From assembly GCF_009914755.1 (NCBI RefSeq), contig NC_060932.1: a stretch of 64,000 nt of DNA; one strand, written 5' to 3'. Origin of the DNA: the human T2T-CHM13v2.0 reference genome, Homo sapiens. Below are positions 53,250-64,000 of the stretch, piece after piece (positions within the stretch are counted from its first letter, which is position 1; each line of letters begins with the position of its first letter). Both the position numbers and the translations under genes were made by a program. The notes beneath the pieces were generated by a model. It was not told where the DNA came from. It worked only from the letters and a program-made list of their open reading frames with translations, and made no database searches.

Positions 53250-53690
53250 AATGCTATCTGATCCAGTTTTGAGGTTGTGGCTAGAAGCAGATCTGTTCCA
53301 CTTCTAGAGCAGCTGATTAAGTCCACATGACAATCACTTGCTTTATTGGACTCTCGTTTTCTGGAGTTACTATGCACCTGCAGCAATTGCCCCAAAGCCA
53401 GATAACAGGCAATTAGGGGCAGCCTCTATGCCCAGAGCCAGTGAAATTATTTAAATTACTCAATTCATCGGGAGCCTGTATGACCTAGCTAATCCTATCC
53501 CACTTGCCATGCATAACCTGCTCCCGAAAGTCCCAGTTCCTTGTTACTCTGTCCCTGGTGCAACCCTCTTTGTGGCCCTGCATGCAGCCTTCCCTCATTT
53601 GGAGCTGTAACAAGCAGTTTTGCTATTTATTTATTCAAATATCACTGCATTGTATTCTATGATCAAAAGAATCTTCAAATCTTCTAATAG
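53250..53690 (+). mobile_element. ERVL LTR (MER74/MER77/LTR53-like) inserted in L1
   Basis: CCCAGAGCCAGTGAAATTATTTAAA, CCTCTTTGTGGCCCTGCATG...GGAGCTGTAA motifs of this LTR group. Confidence 0.55.
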
Positions 53691-54085
53691 GCCTTTCATT
53701 CCACTAACGGTGTCTTGACAAGCAATAGAACGAGTTTTCATTTCATCTTTCTAATGGTACAAATTTCTTTTGGGAAAGCATACTACCTATATTGGCTCTA
53801 TGCATTTGGAGTGGACATGGTATAAATCTCAGATGCAAGAACATGTCCTGATTGGGTTAAGCAAATCATTATATTCCATGTCTTTGTGTATAATTCAAAG
53901 ATGGGAAAGTGATGCTACTAGAACCACAGAAATGCAAGAAAATGTTTTTGGGTTTTCACTGAAATAAATACTCACTGTCTAGTTGGAAGGAGATAGAAGA
54001 AATTTTCTTCCTCTCTTCTTCATGTTCTTTCATTTTAAGGTCTCTGTTTCTTCAATTCTTTCATATTTACAAATATAGTGTTATG

Positions 54086-54115
54086 CTGTGTGTGTGTGTG
54101 TGGGTGTGTGTGTGT
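54086..54115. repeat. (TG)n microsatellite
   Basis: Read directly. Confidence 0.9.
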
Positions 54116-54199
54116 AGAATGGCTGTGACTTGATTATTCATATTGTTCCATTGTTCTCTAGCGAGTGTCAGAATTGAGACCTCTCATCTCACTGTGTTT

Positions 54200-54560
54200 G
54201 TTTTTACTTTGTAGCCAGGTAGTTATTTCTTCTGAAAGTATAAAAATTTTCTTTTTACTCTTGGAGTTAAATAATTTTATTAAAATAAACCTGAGTGTTT
54301 TCCTCTATTCATTTACCTTGCAAAGGCTTTTAATCCCCAGAATCAGTTCTTGTTCCAGCTCAAGAATGTTTTTTTCCTACTCATTTAATTCTCACCTCTC
54401 TACCTGTTATTTATTTTTCTCTTTTCATTATTTTGTTTGGTGTGTGCTTTGGAAAATTTATTTCATTTGAATGAATTCCTAATTTGAATCTCACTCAGTA
54501 ACCTAATTTGGTGATCATTTTGATTCATGATTTTTAATTCAAATAAAATATTACACACAA
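54200..54560 (-). mobile_element. HAL1/old L1M ORF1-like fragment
   Basis: T-rich antisense ORF1-like sequence (TTCCAGCTCAAGAATGTTTT); similar sequence at ~58385-59250. Confidence 0.4.
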
Positions 54561-56148
54561 ACTTAAATAATTATCTCACTATCTACGTACCTATTATAGA
54601 AAACATTTTGTGCTATAATTGAATTGTCCTATGTGCTCTTATTTATTTTGCTTCAAGTTATTCTCTCTCTCTTACAGCAGCCCTATCTTGCTATGCTGTG
54701 AGTATTCTGTTGTTTTTCCTTTTTTTTTTCTTTTTGTTTCATAGCTCTGGTTAGGTTCTTTTCCTTTGTCTACTCATATGCTGCACTTGGAGTTCAGATC
54801 CAGATCCAGAGATCCTTAACAGGTGAAAGTCTGATGAGATGAGAAAAGGGCAAAACTCTGTCCTGTGAAGTGGTGGAATGCCAGTCATCAAGTTCACTCT
54901 ATTTCTTTTGTGCTCATTGATTAAACCTTTCTATTTTCTGGACTTATCCTCTGCAAAGGTGGTGCTATTTTTGCCTGAATGGTAGAGAGAACTCAGACCA
55001 CCAGCTCTTCCCCACAACTATCTAGGAGCCTGGGATACCAGCAAAACCATATGTGGACATTCCCAGGTCAATCTCTACTTCTAGGATTTCTCTCACCCCC
55101 ACTCTCATCTGAGGGTTTTCCATGTCTGGCTCTCACTTCATAGGGGAAAATGTTTTTCATCAGTTCTCTCTTTCTATTCATCATCTGGCAGATCATGTTG
55201 CCTCTGCAATCCTTCTGTGCCATGTTCCTGCCAATCCACAATCACAAATCTTAGGGGACCTGGTTGCTGATTGAATTGAAATTGAGAGTAGAGGGCAGCA
55301 GGTATACTGCCACGGGGTCACATTCCCTGATCTCCTCAGATGTTAACTCGTTTTTCTCTCCAGATAGAATTTCTAGTGTTGGTTGTCTGAATGGGTAGGA
55401 AAAAGAATCCCATCAAAGTGAAGGAAATGTCATGAGCAAGATTAAAAGTGACCTGGTCTGTGTAGAAGTCACAGAAACTATCTCTTTTGTTACCACTTGT
55501 TCAAGTTAGGTTTGGTGGAACCAGATTGTGAAGATTTTTGTTAAACAGGATATGGAATTTCATTTTAATCCAGTTACTACTGATGGGTTGTCACTGAAGG
55601 CACTTAAGAAAGAAGAATTTATATTGCATTTTGTCCAAACATTTTGCTACACATGGTTTACAAAAATTATAATATTATACAGTCTCATTATTTTTCAAAA
55701 ATTTATTATAAAATTAAGTATGTTAATTCAAATTTTAGAATTGATCAGAGTATAATAAAAACTAATTTTAAAGTTTAAAATTTTATAATAAAAATAATTA
55801 CTATGTACTTAGTTGATTTCTTAATATAATATAGTTTTTGTCTTAGTCAAATGCATGCAGCTGATACAGAATTGTCAGCATAGTAAAACTATCTTTTTAT
55901 GAAACTAAAATTAAAGAATAATATATAATACTTTTTGAGGCTTACTCTGTGCTAGAAAAGCACATAACTTACAGTTCTCTCATTTATACCTTAAATCAAC
56001 ATTATAAAGAAGCTATTATTATTATATCCCTTTTTTCATATAAGCAATGTGAAGCACAGATATTTATAAATGTTTGGTTCAGGACCATTGCACAATGTGT
56101 CCAGGAACTTCCTGAACCACTCTGTGGTTGTTTTCTCAGTTCCACTTA

Positions 56149-56195
56149 TATAGTTCAAATAAATATATTCAGTATAGTTCAAATAAATATATTCA
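56149..56195. repeat. 24-bp-period tandem duplication
   Basis: TATAGTTCAAATAAATATATTCA x2 separated by G. Confidence 0.9.
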
Positions 56196-56199
56196 AAAA

Positions 56200-58375
<2,176 letters not shown>

Positions 58376-58555
58376 TGTAAAACGTGGTGAAACTCTTTCA
58401 TTTGAACATTGAGGTGTTTTGTTTATTTTTTTCCTTCTTTCTTGGAAATACCATTTTCAATTTAGTTTTTGGCTATTGCCTCTTTTCAAATAGTTCTTTC
58501 TTCATTTGGAACACTTGTTTTTTAGGTAGATTAATTGTTTTCCATATCTATGATC

Positions 58556-58820
58556 TTTTCTTTTTTGAGACAGGGCCCAGCTTTGTTGCCCAGGCTGTAG
58601 TGAAGTGGTGTGATCATGGCTTACTGCAGCCTCAACCTCCTGAGCTCAAGTGATCCTCTCACTTCAGCCTCCTGTAGCTGGGACTACAGGTGTGTGCTAC
58701 CCATCTAATTAATTTTAATTTTTTTTTTTGTAGAGATAGGTTCTCACTATGTTTCCCAGGCTGGTCTTAAACTTCTGGGTTCAAGTAATGCTCCCCATTT
58801 GCCCTTTCAAAATCTTGGGA
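58556..58820 (-). mobile_element. AluJ, missing the 5' ~30 nt
   Basis: GAGACAGGG...CTGCAGCCTCAACCTCCTGAGCTCAAGTGATCCTC (J diagnostics); GATCTTT on both sides. Confidence 0.88.
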
Positions 58821-59607
58821 TCTTTGCTTATATTTCTTTCTTACTTTGTTCTTTTTAGTTGCACTTTGGGAGAACTTTTTATATTATTATATAAGTTTGC
58901 ACTTTGTCACTTCTATTCTTTATTGTCTTCCATTAGTCTCAACTCTTATTGCATTTTTACTTGTACATTTGAATTTCCTTTGAATTTTGTTCATTTGCTA
59001 ACATATTTTAAATGGTATTTGGCCTGTAGTCTTTATATACCTTCCAACTTTTTCTAATCTTGTTTTATAAAACCGTGTCTTCTTACTTGCTAGAGGGAAT
59101 TACAAATATATTTCTATTTAGTTGTGAGTATACAATTTTTAGTGGTGTTTGATTGCTCTTAGTCTACAAGGTGATGAAAAGAATTGTGACTTATTTTCTT
59201 TCACCTATGTAACCTTATGTTGATTTTCTTTTTCTTGTGCTCATTCTGTATTGAGGGTGCATCAGTCTAGGTTTAGTGTTTCCCAGAAAAAAAAAAGTGC
59301 GTATATAGCACTTGGCTCTTCTTGGGTACTGTTAGCATACCTGGAGACCTAATTCAAGTACCTTCCCAGAATTCTTACACTGTAGAAATTTTTAGCCTCA
59401 TATAAGTAAAATTCTTGCCCTTTAAAAATGATCATAACACAGGGTGAGAAAATATCTTTATAAGAACAATAGAATGCATAATGGATAAATACAGACTTAA
59501 AAACTTTAAGTAAGACAATCTTATGAAGGCATTAAAAAACATAAGAATCCAATGTAAGAAAATCTAATGTTTAAATTCTGTTAAGATTACTACAAATGTA
59601 AATTTAA

Positions 59608-59734
59608 CCCATTTATGCCTGAGATTGCAATGTTTTGAATTTTTTGCAATCAGACCTTGGCGATGACCTTGAGCAGTAGGCTATAAATAACTCCCACATG
59701 CTTAGCGTTCCAATAATGGAACACTAGGCGTAAA
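59608..59734 (-). mobile_element. MER85 piggyBac MITE (PGBD3-derived)
   Basis: TTAA at 59604-59607 then CCCATTTATGCC TIR; internal GACCTTGGCGATGACCTTGAGCAGTAGG; palindrome GTTCCAATAATGGAAC at 59707-59722; other TIR lacks terminal TGGG and TTAA. Confidence 0.92.
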
Positions 59735-59899
59735 ATAAGAAAACATATGAAAGATCAAATTGTTGCTTAACTCCTGTTTTGATCTGTAAAATCAATTTTT
59801 TCTGCTGAAATGAATTTCAATCTAATAAGCAATACCAGATTTTTTTTGTGCACTTTGTAAATCACATTGCCTTTAAAAGTACTTTTTCAGAGTAACATT

Positions 59900-60420
59900 T
59901 GTATGGTTTTTCATAGCTATTGCACCATTTTACATTCCCACCAACAGTGTACAAGGGTTCCAATTTCTCCAAATTCTTAACACTTTTTAAAAATAATAGC
60001 TATCCTATCAGGTATGAGGTATTATCTCATTGTGGTTTCGATTTGCTTTTCCTTGATGATTAGTAATGTTGAACATTGCTTTTATATCCCTGTTGTCCAT
60101 TTGTATGTCTTATTTGGGGAAATGTCCATTTAAATGGAAATGCTATATAAAACTGCATTCAAACAAGCCCTTAATGACACAGATAAGTTACATGTCATTT
60201 AAAAAATTAGATTATTTGTTGTATTGCCCATTTTTAAAGTCCTTTGCCCATTCTTTTAATTGCATTTTTTGTTTTATTTTTGCAATTGAGTTCCTGGCGT
60301 TTTTAAAGTATATTTTGGGCATTAACTACCTAACAGATATGTGTTTTGCCAATATTTTCTTCTATTCTATAGGTTGCCTTTTCACTTTATGGATTGTTCC
60401 CTTCTCTGTGCAGCTTTTAG
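59900..60420 (-). mobile_element. L1MB-type ORF2 3' segment, inverted part
   Basis: CCATTTTACATTCCCACCAACAGTGTACAAGGGTTCC...CTGTGCAGCTTTTAG antisense. Confidence 0.82.
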
Positions 60421-60832
60421 TATATACATACAATGGAATATTATTTAGCCTTATAAAAGAAGGACACCCTGCTATATGTGGCAACATGGATTAACCTGGA
60501 GAAAATTATGCTCAGTGAAATAAGCCAGTCACAGAAGAACAAATACAGCATGGTTCTACTTGTAGAAGATATTTAGGATAGCCAAACTCACAGAAGCAGA
60601 GATGGGAATGTTGTCTGTCAGGAGTTGGTGGGAGGGGAAAATGGGGAGTTGTTTAATTAGTATAAAATTTCAGTTATGTAAGATGTTTACATTCTAGTAA
60701 TTTGCTGTACAACATAGTGCTATTAGTTAATGATACTGTAATGTACACACTTAGGAATCTGATGAGAGGGAAAAAGAAAAGAAATTTGATAAGAGGGTAA
60801 ATCTTGTGTTATGTTTCTTACCACAATAAAAG
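60421..60832 (+). mobile_element. L1MB-type 3' end, sense part
   Basis: ATACAATGGAATATTATTTAGCC...AGTGAAATAAGCCAGTCACAGAAG...TTCTTACCACAATAAAA. Confidence 0.85.
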
Positions 60833-61259
60833 TTTTATTGTTATACCTATCAAATAATATTATAATAACAGGAAACCTACCCCTTTTATCTGAATGGTAG
60901 TCAAACTCAAAAAAATGGATATGTTAGTATGAATCCAAAAAATCTACTTTTCAAAAAAATTCGGTCACACTTCTCAAATTTCTTTAAAATCATGGTAAAT
61001 AACCTCTAGCAGAAACTATGATTTTTCTTTCTTACATGTCATTTTATATAATATTAAAGACAAATATGCTACATGACTAAGTCAAATAATAAAATATTAA
61101 TATAAATAGAAATAGTTCAGTATGATTTTTAGGATGTTAGGATTATTATTTGTTTATTGAAATGTTTTATGCTCTCATGCCAAGAATTTCAGAATTTCCT
61201 TCAAAAATATGCAATTAGCTAAGAATGTCTCAAAAGAGATTTTTAAAACTTCACTATTA

Positions 61260-61570
<311 letters not shown>

Positions 61571-61576
61571 AATTAC

Positions 61577-64000
61577 AAAACTTTCCTCTTATCATTGCTT
61601 TAGCTGCATCCCGGAGATTTTGGTATGTTGTTTCCATTTTTCTTAATTTCATTTTTTTTATATTTGCATGAATTTTGATGTTCATCCAGAAGTTATTCAG
61701 GAGAAGGTGTTCAATTTTTATGTTTTTATGTGTTTTTGAGAGACCTTCTCAATACTGATTTCTATTTTTATTGTACTGTGGTAAAAGAGTGTGCTTGGTA
61801 TGATTTCAATTTCTTGAATGTATTGAGCTTGCTTTATAATGGGTCATGTGGTCAATCTTAGAATATGTTTTGTGTGTAGATGAGAAGAATGTATATTCTA
61901 TGGTTGTTGGGTGGACTGTTCTATAGATACCTATTAATTTCAATTGGTCAAGTGTCAAGTTAAAGTCTAGCGATTCTTTGTAAGTTTTCTGCTTTGGCAA
62001 TCTATCTTGCACTGTCACGTCACTGGGGTGTTGAAGATTTCTGTTATTATTGTGGGATTGTCTATGTCTTTTTATAAGCCAAGAAGAGCTTATTTTATGA
62101 ACCTGGGTGCTCCAATGTTGGATATATATATATATATATATATGATAGTTAAGTCTTCTTGTTGGATTGTACTCTTTATCATTATATAATGCCCTTTATT
62201 ATCTTTCTTAATATTTGTTGGTTTAAAGTATGTTTTTCCTGACATGCGATTAGCAACTCCTGCTCTTTTACTTTTCTGTTTGCATGGTATAATTTTCTCT
62301 GTCTCTTTAATCTGAGCATGTGGATGCTGTTACATGTGAGATGGATCTCTTGAAGGGAAAAGATGTTGGATCTTGTCTTTTTATCTAGCTGGCCACTCTG
62401 TGTCTTTTAAGTGATGTTAATTGGGTTAAGTGATGCTTAACCCAATTACATTCAAGATAGTATTAACGTGTGTGATTTTCATTCTTGTCATTGTGTTGTT
62501 AGCTGGTTGTTATGTAGAATTGATTGTGTACTTACATTATAGTGCCTGTGGATTATGTGTTTATTTAAGTGTGTTTTTGTGGTAGCAGGTGTCATTCTTT
62601 TGGTTTTATGTTTAGCACTCCCTTAAGGACCTCTTGTAATGCTGGTCTAGTTGAAACAAATTCCCTCAGCATTTGCTTGTTTGAGAAGGATATTTTCTCT
62701 CCTTCACTTATGAAGCTTAGTTTGGTGCAATATGAAACTCTTCGTTGATTTTTTTTTCTTGAAGAATGCTGAAAATAGGCCTCCAATCTCTTCTGGCTTG
62801 TAAGGTTTCTGCTGACAGATCTGCTGCTGGCCTGATGGGATTCCCTCTGTATGTGATTTGACCCTTCTCTTTAGCTGCCTCTAAGATTTTTTTTCTTTTG
62901 CATTAACTTTGGAAATCTGATGATTATGTGCCTGAAGGATGGTCATCTTGTATAGTACTAGCTAGGGCTATTTGTATTTATTGCATTTGAATGTCAACCT
63001 CTGTAGTAAGTTAAGAAAATTTTCATAAACTATATTCTTATATATTTTCCAAGTTGCTTACTCTCGCTCCTCTCTCAGGAATGCCAATGAGGTGTAGATT
63101 TGATCTCTTTGCATAATTTTATAGTTTTCAAAGTTTTCATTAATTTTTTAAAATGATTTTTCTTTATTTTTGTCTGAGTTGTTCTGAAGAACTGGTCTTT
63201 GAGATCTGAGATCCTTTTATTAGCTTGGCCTATTTTGTAGTTAATACTGCTTTTGTATTATTAAATTCTTGCATTAAATTTTTCAGCTCTAGAAGTTCAG
63301 TTTGGTTCTTTCTTAAAATGGCTGTTTCATCTTTCACCTCTGGGATCATTTTACTGGATTCCTTGGATCGGGTTTCAACTTTCTCCTGAATCTCAGTGTG
63401 CTTTCTTGCCATCCAGATTCTGAATTTTGTGTCTGTCATTTCAGTGATTTCAGACTGGTTAAGAGCTATTGCCAGTGAACCCATTTGGAGGTAAGAGGAC
63501 ACTAGCTTTTCCAGTTGCCAGAGTTCTTGTGCTGATTCTTGCTCATCTGGGAGAATTGGTGTTTCTTTACTGAGGTATCAGTTGAGTACCATCAGTTGGC
63601 TTCAATTTTAGATGCTTTCAGAGTGTCAGGGCTCTGTATGGTATCTTTATGTGTAGGTAAATTCTTGCACTTGTTTTCATATGAGCATATAATTAGCAAG
63701 ATAATTTTTGATGTTGTAGTTTGGGCTGCAATCCAGTAGATGGCACTTAAGAGTAATGTCCAGTAGCTAGACTAATACCCAGTAGTGCAGCTCTTTTGTA
63801 CTTCCTGGCATTCACATGTGAGGTCTGCAGTGGAGGTGGAAAAAGATGGTCCCCTCAGGTCCACTCCTGGGCCTTGGTGGAGCCTCCTCTGATCTCTGAT
63901 GCTGCAAGTTCATTTTTTTTTTTAGGTGTTACGGGTAATGGGACCCACTCAGGCAGCAGCTATGGCAGGTAGGTATGCCACACCTTTCTGGACTAGCCCT
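61577..64000 (-). mobile_element. L1 (L1PB/L1MA-age) 5' half: 5'UTR, ORF1, ORF2 endonuclease; degraded, runs off the window
   Basis: Minus ORFs: YRTVHPTTIEYTFFSSTHKTYSKIDH (EN), KLSFISEGEKISFSNKQMLREFVSTRPALQEVLKGVL (ORF1 C-term), EMTDTKFRIWM...ILRKNQTELLELKN (ORF1 coiled coil). Confidence 0.92.

Noticed and set aside
59608-59734. Small structured RNA gene
   Set aside because: The structure is explained by MER85 terminal inverted repeats and its internal palindrome

Overview
This is AT-rich, CpG-depleted primate (human-like) non-coding DNA, either intergenic or deep intronic, and about half or more of it is recognisable transposable-element debris. I find no host protein-coding exon, rRNA, tRNA or CRISPR array. 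The long ORFs in the track are L1 ORF1/ORF2, Alu, ERVL pol or HERV-K gag remnants, or chance ORFs. Main structures: (1) a three-level nested retroelement at 13.7-19.0 kb, where an ERVL/LTR16C element contains a two-LTR MST MaLR provirus, which in turn contains a HERV-K(HML-5) LTR22 solo LTR; (2) a 3'-truncated HERV-K(HML-6) provirus with LTR3, tandem tRNA-Lys PBS and a deleted gag at 30.45-31.44 kb; (3) an ERVL RT/RNase H remnant at 56.2-58.4 kb; (4) a piggyBac MER85 MITE that keeps the CSB-PGBD3-binding palindrome at 59.6 kb; (5) a candidate L1 3' transduction with a 13-bp TSD at 52.0 kb; (6) a twin-priming-type inverted L1 at 59.9-60.8 kb; (7) an unassigned ~200-bp direct duplication (20.8/24.4 kb) and a ~210-bp inverted duplication (1.7/4.3 kb). 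I see no convincing evidence of a new biological system. Repeat subfamily names come from memory of consensus sequences and need RepeatMasker/Dfam confirmation, and boundaries of old repeats are approximate.
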